DNA of 63,903 nucleotides, filler included, from Octopus bimaculoides (taxonomy: Eukaryota): the NCBI RefSeq assembly GCF_001194135.2. It is 5 parts of 5 records of this genome, joined end to end, with 100 filler letters (N's around TTAATTAATTAA, not from the genome) between each part and the next. Parts side by side here need not be neighbours in the genome. Positions count along the whole stretch, not along the records: positions 30,573 to 55,349 come from NC_068982.1; 4 more parts are not named here. The stretch is one strand, 5' to 3'. Positions 40,658 through 53,200 of the stretch are shown piece by piece. The position numbers were made by a program, and so were the translations under genes. The notes beneath the pieces are model-generated. The model was not told the DNA's origin. It did no database searches and worked only from the letters and a program-made list of their open reading frames with translations. Within the stretch, counting starts at the first letter, position 1. Every line of letters begins with the position of its first letter.

Positions 40658-43600
40658 TTAGTAAATGGAGTAATACACATATGTTAAATGAATTCTTTTA
40701 TTTCAACATATGTTTCGAAGATTACAAATGGTTCCTTCTACAGGAATAGGTGATGTTGATAAAGATGTAATCTTCTCTTCAGGGAAATACATAGGAACCA
40801 GCTTAACCGTAAGACATTTTAACCGAATGTGATAACTGTAGGTAGAGAATATTGCTACGTANNNNNNNNNNNNNNNNNNNNNNNNNNNNNNNNNNNNNNN
40901 NNNNNNNNNNNNNNNNNNNNNNNNNNNNNNNNNNNNNNNNNNNNNNNNNNNNNNNNNNNNNNNNNNNNNNNNNNNNNNNNNNNNNNNNNNNNNNNNNNNN
41001 NNNNNNNNNNNNNNNNNNNNNNNNNNNNNNNNNNNNNNNNNNNNNNNNNNNNNNNNNNNNNNNNNNNNNNNNNNNNNNNNNNNNNNNNNNNNNNNNNNNN
41101 NNNNNNNNNNNNNNNNNNNNNNNNNNNNNNNNNNNNNNNNNNNNNNNNNNNNNNNNNNNNNNNNNNNNNNNNNNNNNNNNNNNNNNNNNNNNNNNNNNNN
41201 NNNNNNNNNNNNNNNNNNNNNNNNNNNNNNNNNNNNNNNNNNNNNNNNNNNNNNNNNNNNNNNNNNNNNNNNNNNNNNNNNNNNNNNNNNNNNNNNNNNN
41301 NNNNNNNNNNNNNNNNNNNNNNNNNNNNNNNNNNNNNNNNNNNNNNNNNNNNNNNNNNNNNNNNNNNNNNNNNNNNNNNNNNNNNNNNNNNNNNNNNNNN
41401 NNNNNNNNNNNNNNNNNNNNNNNNNNNNNNNNNNNNNNNNNNNNNNNNNNNNNNNNNNNNNNNNNNNNNNNNNNNNNNNNNNNNNNNNNNNNNNNNNNNN
41501 NNNNNNNNNNNNNNNNNNNNNNCGGGTGGCACATAAAAGACACCATTTCAAGCGTGGTCGTTGCCAGTATCGCCTGACTGGCCTTCGTGCAGGTGACACG
41601 TAAAAGCACCTACTACACTCTCTGAGTGGTTGGCGTTAGGAAGGGCATCCAGCTGTAGAAACTCTGCCAAATTTAGATTGGAGCCTGGTGTTGTCATCCG
41701 GTTTCACCAGTCCTCAGTCAAGTCATCCAACCCATGCTAGCATGGAAAGCGGACGTTAAACGATGATGATGATGATATATATATATGTTGTCTTCTTTCA
41801 GTTGCTGTCTACTAAATCCACTAACAAAGCTTTGGTTGGCCTTAGCTATAGTATAAAATAATTGCCCAATTCCACACAGTGGGACTGAATCCAAAAGCAT
41901 GTGAGTAAAAGCGAAAAAAAAAAAAAATAAAAAATAAAAAGCCAGTCCTTATTGAAGTTGAAATTCCAAGGTGTCCAAGCCAATCCTTACCTGATTCCTT
42001 TAGCAATCTCATAGGGAGTTGTGCGCCATGATTGACCTTTTACTTCTTTACCATCAGGCAACGTAATTGTAATATCTACACTTGGTTGAGCTGCCAACCA
42101 ATTATTGTAGGACTCCTTCCATTTATTCCACAAATCTAGTCGGGTTTGGATGTAATCAGGAGGTGGTTTTACCTGAAACAATGAATTTATTTTAATTATT
42201 TTATCTTTATATTAGATATTAACAAAACAAGGTCATAAATTCAAATCTTCTTACTGCTCTACCCCCCACTGCCTTTGTTTTTAATTAAGCTTGTAAATAA
42301 TGAAGAATTTAGTAAAATAACTCTGTTGTTATTAATCTGGTACTTGGAACATAAATATAGAATTCTGATAGAAAGTTTTGATTGGGCTAGTATCAAAAGG
42401 GTAAGTGGTGGAGGCGCAATGACTCAGTGGTTAGGGCAGCGGACTCGCGATCATAGGATCAGTTTCGATTCCCAGACCGGGCGTTGTGAGCGTTTATTGA
42501 GCGAAAACACCTAAAGCTCCACGAGGCTCTGGCAGGGGATGGTGGCGAACTCTGCTGTACTCTTTCACCACAACTTTCTCTCACTCTTACTTCCTGTTTC
42601 TATTGTACCTCTATTTCAAAGGGACCAGCCTCGTCACACTGTGTCACGCTGAATATCCCCGAGAACTATGTTAAGGGTACACCTGTCTGTGGAGTGCTCA
42701 GCCACTTGCACATTAATTTCATGAGCAGGCTGTTCCGTTGTTTGGATCAACTGGAACCCTCGACGTTGTGCCAACAACAACAACAACAACAACAAAAGGG
42801 TAAGTAGCTTTCCCTTCCTCATACATGTGAAGGAAGGGGCCAGTATTGTTGTTAGATGGTCACTGAAATAGATTACAAACATAGTGAGAGGCAGTGTAGA
42901 TGTTTAGAGGGAGGGACATGATTTTACTTAGAAATGAAATAGTTAAACCAAGTACAATCTTTTATTTGTTCCAGTCATTATACTGCAGTCGTGCTGGGGC
43001 ACCGCCTTGGAGAATTTTTAGTCAAATGAATTGACCCCAGTACTTACTATTATTCTTTTTTTAAGCCTGATATTTATTCTATCAGTCTCTTTTGCTGAAC
43101 TACTAAGTTACAGGGATCTAAACACACCAGTTGTCAAGTGGTAGTGGAGAACAAACAGACACAAAGACACACTATATATATATTGGATAATGGAACTGCA
43201 ACTATAACATCCAACATATTTTTATTTTTATTCTCTTAGTTCCTTTTATACTTCTTATTTCCATCCTTTTCTAAAATAACTCCTTATATTGAACTCTACT
43301 ATTTCCTCTATTTAACCATCTCACATCATCTCTGATGAAGGGATAAGACTTTCTCTTTTATAAATGTCCTGAAAATTCCGCACAGCTTTGGCATTGTTGT
43401 CTCATTTTATTTAACACACACACATACAGTGGACTTATTTCAGTTTATGTCTCACAAGGCTTTGGTCAGTGCAAAGCTATAGTAGAAGACTATAGCATGC
43501 TGTGGGACTGAACCTGAAACCATGTGGTTGGGAAGGAAGCTTCTTACCACACAGTCACTATATTTTAAACACATTTTCAATGTAAGTCTTTATCAGGATT

Positions 43601-43864
43601 AGAATGTGAGTTACACATTGTGTCATCAATGAACAGAAATAAAGACTGATGATGATGTCAAAATCTAACGTAATTTCAGTATTATAAATCCTAAACCACA
43701 CAGACACACTTGTGCCTATGCATATTAGCAGAATTCCCATCCAAGCTAAGAGGGTGGAAAAAAATTAATGTAAAATAAATATGAAATAATAAAAAAAGTT
43801 TACCTCTGAACAAGTGTTGTTCTTATTCTTATCCTCTTTTGATTTTTTCGTATTTTTAGATGCC

Positions 43865-43896
<32 letters not shown>

Positions 43897-46800
43897 CACT
43901 TCTATAATTATTTGCAGTAAAACAGTTCAAATAGGATATGGAAGAAATTTGATTAAAAAAATATCAAAAGAACAAAGACAAATCTCTTTTCCCTGTTTCA
44001 ACCTGAAACTCACTGAAACCAAAATATAACAACTGACTTGAGTCCAAGGACTAAGAGGGCTAGTTGTCCAATTGTCATGATATAAAACTGAGACCACAGC
44101 ATTTCCATCTGAACAGGGCGCCAGTCTGTTGCAGGGTTATTTATTTACAGTTGATTGGACTGGAGCAGTGTAAATGAAGTGTCTTTGCTCAAGAACACAA
44201 TACACTGCCTGGTCCAAGAATAGAAACAATCTGACAATCAACAGCCTAACCACATGCTTTCATATAAACTGTCAAGTATAGCAAGACTTTAACGAATAAA
44301 TAAATAAATAGAAAGAGAAAGAAAGAAACAAACAATAGCATTATTACACACCAGACTAAACTAATTGAACAATCACTACAAAGTGACCAAGTAAAACTGG
44401 AAAATTGAAGAAAAAATGCCTACTCATAGCTATGACAACTCCCTCAGATAACAGTATGTCTATGAAAGAGGTTCACATTTTAGTTAAGTATACAGAATAA
44501 CTAATAATAGAAATATCAAAAACTAAACAAATCCTGGTAACATGGAATGATATGACAGGGTGGAGTTTTTAGTATGCTGATGATTTGGCCTTATTGCCTG
44601 GACATTCAACATATTTTGGTAACAGTGCTTTTTGGCACTGAAGCCAAATGCACATACATACATGTATGACCTACCCACCACAACAGAATTGAGATCCTAA
44701 AACCAAGGTGCCATGTAAAAAGCACTGGTGTGGGTGCTGGTGCCTTGCAAAAATCACCCAATATGCTCTGTAAAGTGGTTGGCATTAGGAAGGGTATCTA
44801 GCTGTAGAAACGAAGCCAAAACAGATGATGGAATGTGGTGTTGCCCCTGGCCTGGTCAGTTCCTGTCAAGCCATCCAACCCATGGATGCAAGGAAAACGG
44901 ACATTATATGTTGATGATGATGATGTGAGAGAGAGAAAGAGTGTACACATGCAAACGTAACTAGATGCTCACAAACAGAGAGAGAAAGAGAAACATTACA
45001 ATTTATTAATTGAACATGACTGACATAAACAGTTTCCTTCTCCTCATCCACATAACATAAAGCGAAGTATGCTCATACACATAAACAGAGAAAGAGATGA
45101 AAGGAAAACAAGAGAAACATTAAAATGTCTGATGTCAAATAAGTCAGCATTGAATCAGTGATACTAAAATGGCTGAACTACTTATACTCCTAGTAGCAAT
45201 CAGTACAATGAGATAAAACATTCCTTTCTACTAGAGGCACAAGACCTGAAATTTTGCAGGAGGGATGGAATAGATGATTACATCAACCCCAGTGCTCAAC
45301 AGGTACTTATTTTATTCACCCCCGAAAGGATGAAAGGCCAGGTCAACTTTGGTGGAATTTGAATTCAGAATGTAAAGACAAACAAAATGCCACTAAGTAT
45401 TTTACCTGGCATGCTAATTATTCTGCCAGCTCACTGCTTTAACAGTCAGATAAAATATTAAAATTACAAATAACCCTAAGCTGCTAAGAACACAAAATAT
45501 TGTATTTACAATTGTCTACAGCAGTGGTTCACAACCAGGGTCCACATGACCCTTGGGGGAGTCTACACAAGATTTTATAATTAATGTTTACGTACGATAA
45601 ATTGGTTATACTTCTACAATGTAAAAAATATTTCAACAATTTTTTAAATACAATTTCTAGTGTTGTTGCTGTCACTTCTATCAACAAACCATTTGCTCAC
45701 TTCATGCTTTCAAAGATGCATGAGAAAAGGATCCCTTATTTTGGACAAAAAAAAAAAAAAATGTGAGGGTTAAGAGATAGAAAGGACAGCTCTCTGTAAA
45801 ACAGAGCTTCAATCATCATCATCATTTAACATCTACTTTCCATGCTGACATGGGTTAGATGGTTTGACAGGAGCTGGCAAGCTGAAGAGCTGCCTGGGCT
45901 CCATGTCTATTTTGGCATGGTTTCTGTGGCTGGATTCCCTTCCTAATGCCAACCACTTTACAGAGGGTACTGGGTGCTTTTATGCAGCACTGGCATGGTT
46001 GTTTATGTGGCACCGGTACAGATCCTTTTTATGTGGCACCAGCACCCACGAACCTGCAATATTAGGAATGCTCAGCTGGAGAGGAATGCAGGGGACATGC
46101 CTGTATGCAAGGACAACCATGCTTTTACTTAGCTTGATGTGTTTTCGCAAGCACAGCAAGCTGCCAGGAGTCTCGGTTCCCTGTCATCCCTTCTGAGAGT
46201 TCCAATGTTTGTAGATCCTTTCTTACCATATTTGTTTAACCCATGCTAGCATGGAAAAAAATGGATGTAAAAATGAATTAACAAAAGAGCACCAGGCTCT
46301 AAGAAAAGTTACTGCCATCATCATCATCATCGTTTAACGTCCGCTTTCCATGCTAGCATGGGTTGGACGATTTGACTGAGGACTGGTGAAACCGGATGGC
46401 AACACCAGGCTCCAGTCTGATTTGGCAGAGTTTCTACAGCTGGATGCCCTTCCTAACGCCAACCACTCAGAGAGTGTAGTGGGTGCTTTTACGTGTCACC
46501 CGCACGAAAACGGCCACGCTCGAAATGGTGTCTTTTATGTGCCACCCGCACAAGNNNNNNNNNNNNNNNNNNNNNNNNNNNNNNNNNNNNNNNNNNNNNN
46601 NNNNNNNNNNNNNNNNNNNNNNNNNNNNNNNNNNNNNNNNNNNNNNNNNNNNNNNNNNNNNNNNNNNNNNNNNNNNNNNNNNNNNNNNNNNNNNNNNNNN
46701 NNNNNNNNNNNNNNNNNNNNNNNNNNNNNNNNNNNNNNNNNNNNNNNNNNNNNNNNNNNNNNNNNNNNNNNNNNNNNNNNNNNNNNNNNNNNNNNNNNNN

Positions 46801-47249
46801 NNNNNNNNNNNNNNNNNNNNNNNNNNNNNNNNNNNNNNNNNNNNNNNNNNNNNNNNNNNNNNNNNNNNNNNNNNNNNNNNNNNNNNNNNNNNNNNNNNNN
46901 NNNNNNNNNNNNNNNNNNNNNNNNNNNNNNNNNNNNNNNNNNNNNNNNNNNNNNNNNNNNNNNNNNNNNNNNNNNNNNNNNNNNNNNNNNNNNNNNNNNN
47001 NNNNNNNNNNNNNNNNNNNNNNNNNNNNNNNNNNNNNNNNNNNNNNNNNNNNNNNNNNNNNNNNNNNNNNNNNNNNNNNNNNNNNNNNNNNNNNNNNNNN
47101 NNNNNNNNNNNNNNNNNNNNNNNNNNNNNNNNNNNNNNNNNNNNNNNNNNNNNNNNNNNNNNNNNNNNNNNNNNNNNNNNNNNNNNNNNNNNNNNNNNNN
47201 NNNNNNNNNNNNNNNNNNNNNNNNNNNNNNNNNNNNNNNNNNNNNNNNN

Positions 47250-47289
<40 letters not shown>

Positions 47290-50200
47290 CTGACACATAC
47301 ACACACACAGCTGTGTTTGAGTATACAGTAACAGCATGTCATAATCGAATTATTCAACTGTTGATGTACTATTTGCAATAATTTCTCACATTGGCAAAAG
47401 GCTAGATATTTATAAAGGACAGATAAACATAGCCATGGCTATATGGTTAGCAAGTCTGCTTTCTAACCTAATGCATGACATCTTGAACAAGTCACTTGTA
47501 CTACAACCTTGTGAATGGATTTGGCAGATGAAAACTGAAAGAAGCTTGTCATATATGAGCGTATGTATTTGTGACACCGTGTCTCCAGTTCATGGAACTC
47601 ATAACTGTTATGCAATGTTAAAGCAAGGACATAAACATATTCTTTTACTTGTTTCTGTCATTTGACTGCAGCCATGCTGGAGCACTGCCTTGGAGGGTTT
47701 TAAATGAACAAATTCAGCCCAGGACTTTTCTTTTTAAGCCTAGTACTCCTTTTGCTGAACCACTAAGTTATGGGGATGTAAACAGACCAACATACACACA
47801 CACATATATATATATATTTATACGTAATTAGGATAAGGTCATTATTTAACGATTTATTAGTGGCCAGCATACTAACAAGACCATAATGGTTAATTTATAT
47901 TTAAGTATAATTATAAGGGCATTGGAACGTGCTTCTTTCAGTTTTCATCTCTCATATACACTGACAAAGCTTTGGTCAGCCCAGAGATATACGAGTAGTA
48001 GAAGACATGTGCCCAAAATGATACACGGTGGAACCAATCCCACACCATGTGGTTGAGAAACAAACACCTTAACCATACAACTGCACCTATTTCTTTCTCT
48101 TATGAATGTTATCAACCCTTCTGAAACCCAACCCTGGTTCTAAGATACAACCTCCTCGATTTAAAATAATCTTAACCCATTACCTACCATAATTCTATTA
48201 ACTGGAATTTTTTTATGAAACTTTGATTTCTAGCATAAAACAGCCTTAGAAACACGCTGGAATGATCAAAATAACATTTTAAATAGAAATAAGCAAGATA
48301 TTGGGTGAAATTAGCAAACCTCATTTGAGTATCAGAGAAATATACCTTGTAGATATAGCAAAAAGGTTAGATATGTGTAAATATTGACAGATAATTACGA
48401 AATTTGTAATTTTTAAGTGATCTCATATGAGATCACTGGTAGGTAATGGGTTAATTACAACCACCCATCGAAATTTTAAGCTAATTAATGTCCTAAACAT
48501 CAGCTATTCTAACATTAGTTATTTTAATAAATTCTTTTATTTTCAATATTAATTAAAACAAAGACTGAGTGGTTAAGAAACTTGTTTTATAACCATATGG
48601 TTTCGGGTTCAGTTCCAATGTGCGACACCTTGAGCAAGTGCTTCCTACTATAGCAGAATTTGGTAGATGGAAACTAAAAGAAGCCCATCATGTGCATGTA
48701 TATGTGTGTCTGCAAATTCATGAGTGTGTGTTTGTGTGTACCCTTAGAATCATGCAAGAGATGTTTGTTTCTAGCCTTGTATGAAAAACATGTTTGGCCA
48801 AGGAGAAATATTACTTTGCTTGGAAATAGTTGAGGGTTAACAACAGTAGAAAACTTACCTCAACAAATTCCACCTGACTCATGCAAGCATGGAAAAGTGA
48901 TCATATGATGATGATGATGATAATTGCATGTATCAATTAGGATATGTGCTTTAATTTATTTTAAGAATCGTCAAGATTTTCTAAAGTTTCAAGAAAATAT
49001 TGGTTTCAAATTTTGGCACGAGGCCAGCAAGTTCATGACATTGAACTCCAGTACTCAGCTGGTACTTATTTTATCAACCCCGAAAGAACAAAAGGCAAAG
49101 TCAACCATGGCAGAATTTGAACCCAGAACATGTAGACAGATGAAATGCCACTTAAGCATTTTGCCCAGTGTGCGAGCAATTCTGCCAGCTTGTTGCCTTA
49201 GAGCTCAATAGTATATTACCTAACTGTTTGTTTTAGTTTAACAACCTGATGTTTGCAACAGCATGTGATCAGTGATAATGTGTGTGTGTTGGCACTCCAT
49301 CGCTTACGACGTCGAGGGTTCCAGTTGATCCAATCAACGGAGCAGCCTGCTCGTGAAATTAACGTGCAAGTGGATGAGCACTCCACAGACACGTGTACAC
49401 TTAACGTAGTTCTCAGAGATATTCAGCATGACACAGTGTGACAAGGCTGACCCTTTGAATTACAGGCACAACAGAAACAGGAAGTAAGAGTGAGAGAAAG
49501 TTGTGGTGGAAGAGTACACCAGGGTTCACCACCATCCCCTGCCAGAGCCTCGTGGAGCTTTTAGGTGTTTTCGCTCAATAAACACTCACAACGCCCGGTC
49601 TGGGAGTCGAAACTGCGATCCTATGACCGCGAGTCCGCTGCCCTAACCACTGGGCCATTGCGCCTCCACGATCAGTGACAATAAACACTAGCTAAAAACT
49701 ATGCCTCAACAGTATACTCATCAGAACCAAAAAGTACTTCACCTTGAGAAGTTGGCAATGTTCTACATAGTCAACATATTACAACTTAACTTTTTAGCAT
49801 TTAAACTGGCCATATTTTACCAAAAATATTCTACTGTTTTATGTTCAAACTGGCCAGATATGGCCTCTAACACCAAATCTACCATATCATTCTAAAAATT
49901 AAGTTACCTCATTGAAGTCTTAAAGCTACAAAATAATGCATGGTTGATAAAAAAACAATGTGAATAAATAAGCATTATGTTTGATAGAATAATGTGAATG
50001 CTAAAGGAGAAAGGGTGCTACATGGTCACTCAATGCTAGAAATAGCAGCAAAATACTTCTCAAACCACATCCTACCATCCTAAAAAAAGGAAGAGGACAA
50101 TGACATATTCTTTGATATATCTTGATACTAAACGAGTTAGTGTACAGCTAGAATATGTTTGATCACAGGGTTGTCTAATCACAGCTTATCTCAATAACAA

Positions 50201-53200
50201 TTGATGTGAAATATCTGAAAGTGACAAGATGTTTATAGTTTCTATAGCTGGACAACTTTACAGTGTGAACCAGGTGTTTTTTTCTTCTTTTTCATGATCC
50301 AATCATTCAAAAATTCATCACCAATTTTGAGTTCACCTCAAACTTCCCTGGAGATCATTCCAAGTATTCAAGACTCTCACAAAACGAATATTTCCTCATG
50401 TTCAGTTTCGATTAAAGTTTGTATATTTTTTTTTATCATACTGCTTTTTCTTCCTGTTCACAAATTTCTCTGACATAGATTTTGAGGGAACCCGTGGAAG
50501 AGGTAGGCCCAGGAAGACCTGGGCTGAGGTGGTGAGGCAAGACCTTCGTACATTGGGCCTCACCGAGGCGATGACTACTGACCGAGACCTTTGGAAATGT
50601 GCTGTGCGTGAGAAGACCCGGCAAGCCAAGTAAGATCGTTGCCAGTGCCCCTGGACTGGTTCTTGTGCGGGTGGCACATGAGATGCACCATTTTGAGCGT
50701 GGCCATTGCCAGAACCGCCTGACTGGCTCCCGTAGGATTTTCAAACGAGATCGTTGCCAGTGCCCCTGGACTGGCTTGTGCGGGTGGCACATAAAAGACA
50801 CCATTTCGAGCGTGGCCGTTTTCGTGCGGGTGACACGTAAAAGCACCCACTACACTCTCTGAGTGGTTGGCGTTAGGAAGGGCATCCAGCTGTAGAAACT
50901 CTGCCAAATCAGACTGGAGCCTGGTGTTGCCATCTGGTTTCACCAGTCCTCAGTCAAATCGTCCAACCCATGCTAGCATGGAAAGCGGACGTTAAACGAT
51001 GATGATGATGATGATGATGATGTTAAAACCTCTCATGGGCAAACTTTCATTTTATGATCTAGAAAGTGAAAACACTGAACTAGACAGAGAGCAGCACAAT
51101 AAAATGAAAGTAAAATAATGTTCAGTAGTATTTGATAAAAATCAGCAATAAAATAAAACTAAATGAATTCTCATGAAAAAGAAAATTATTTTGGCACCAC
51201 AAATACTGTTAATACCAAAAAAACTATTGGATTCTATCTGGAGTTAGTGGAATAGCAGAGTCTTAAATGTGTATCTTGTATGAAAGTATATCCAGTTTAT
51301 TGCTCATCATCACAAGGCATGCCCTGCCAGAGATCTGATCCGTAACTACCCTACAATATACCTTCCAACTATTGCTAAATTATTATCATCAACATTTAAC
51401 GTCTGTTTTCCATGCTGTGGCAGGGGTTGAACAGTTTTTGCCAGTATCACTCACTGATAAACTATGCAGCTTCACACGGAAACACCATAGAAGGGATAGG
51501 CAGTAAAATTGACTACAAACATTGTCATGAATGGGATAGGAGGCAATCTCTTTAACATCTATTTACAGGAATTTTGCTGATGTTGTTCTTTATAAACAGA
51601 ACACATTTATACATGAGTCTTATCCTCTCACAATTTGGTTTAATTTAAAATAAAATCTTATAAAGCATTACACATAAGTAAGTTTGGCTTATCTAATTTT
51701 TTGGGGGCTACTGCAGTTTCACACCTCACCTTGCAAAATGCATTTTTTTGAAAACATTTCTTCAGATTCCTAGGTTTTAGATGTCGGGATTACGAGTATG
51801 CAAAAAAAAAAAAATTCAAAATTTGGATTTTTGGAGGATATTGCAGAGCACAAAAAAGAAAAAAGGATTTCTTATTCCAGTTGATGATAGGAAAGAAAAA
51901 AACTTAGTTACCATTGAGCTGGGATCAATAACATATTCCAATAAATGGAGTTCGTATAAGAACATTGAAGAGAAGCTATGTTTCAAACATTATAATGTCA
52001 ACCATTCTAATAATTTCGTTGACCCCATTACTGGTTGCCATACAAACTCAGTAGAAGGTATGTATGCAAACGCTAAAGCCAAATTTAAACCAATAATGGA
52101 CCCACAGATAGACAACTAATTGACCTGCATTTACCTGAATTTATGTGGGCCCAGCGATTTATCATTTTTGGTGTTACATTGTCTCGTATATCTATAAATC
52201 GTAGATCGTATATTAGATATTTGTTTCACTTTCTATTTTTAATGTATTGTTGTATAGTGAAGAGAGGAAATGTCATTAGAGCAGGTATGTAAAGAGCACT
52301 TTCTATGTTCATATGGCTAAACAATAGAGATTGTTAAAATCCCGTATTTTTCCACGTAGATTAAAAAAAAAAAATTAGTAACATTTTGAAAACGTGTTTT
52401 TTTTTTTTTGCATATAAAATCTTATAAATAAAGCATCTAAAACCTAGGACAATATCAGTTGATAAAAATATTTTTGTTTACCCTAATTTATACAATAGAA
52501 ACATCAAAACTATATAATGTACACTCCCGTAAACATATTTGTGTAGAAAGTCATTTAAAAATATGTATTTCAAAAAGTGTTATGAGGAAAAACAGCCGGG
52601 AGGGTATTGAAAATTATCTGAAACTCCACTTAAAAATTTATTAACGTTACCGACAAAATCGTGACCTACGCCTTCGAAAACCTATCTACAAAATCTAATT
52701 AAATAATGCGCATTTTTGCAGACAGTTATGAGAAAACGGAGTCGGGTAGGGGCACCAAACTGCAGTTATGCTACAGAGGTATCACGAAGGGCCTGCGTGG
52801 AAGCCCAACCGAGTTCTTTTATAGGGCTTAGGAAAACCGAAGGACCACTGCAGTGTGTGAATCTGAGAGGAGGAATATGCTGAGCAAAATCATAATTAAC
52901 AGATATTCTCGTATTTTCCTTTTTCCAAAACCAGGAACTTTTCAGCACCCCTCGTGTATGTGTATTCTTTTATGTAGGTTTCCTTTTGTTTATGTTCCGA
53001 AATATATTTTCAGTTTCAAAGAAAACAATTCTTTCCCTTCGATTTTACTAACGAGTTTCCAGCTGGGGACAGTCTCTGCTGAGTACAGTGGGTTCATTTT
53101 CTGGATCGTAAAACAAAGACTACTTCTTTCATGTTTCCATAGAATCTGTAAATTGGTAAAAAAACCTGCTTCCTAAGCACTTCCTCATATACCACAAGCT

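Noticed and set aside
42407-42480. tRNA gene
   Set aside because: A/B boxes are present, but this is the head of a multi-copy SINE with body, tail and TSD. The same applies to SINE-A heads.
50441-50468. 28-nt candidate intervening exon (EICEQEEKA) that would rescue the phase-2 donor
   Set aside because: Weak GCA/GTATGA donor, and its acceptor context comes largely from the adjacent RTE insertion; probably chance.
50634-50830. CRISPR-like repeat-spacer pattern
   Set aside because: It is the internal duplication of an RTE 3' UTR in eukaryotic DNA, with no cas genes.
51781-52119. Bacterial IS contamination
   Set aside because: Degenerate and embedded in host intron repeats; consistent with eukaryotic Merlin.
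52766-53176. Short ORFs in intron 1 as extra ThrRS exons
   Set aside because: No similarity to ThrRS, no compatible splice sites, and they overlap the Merlin end.
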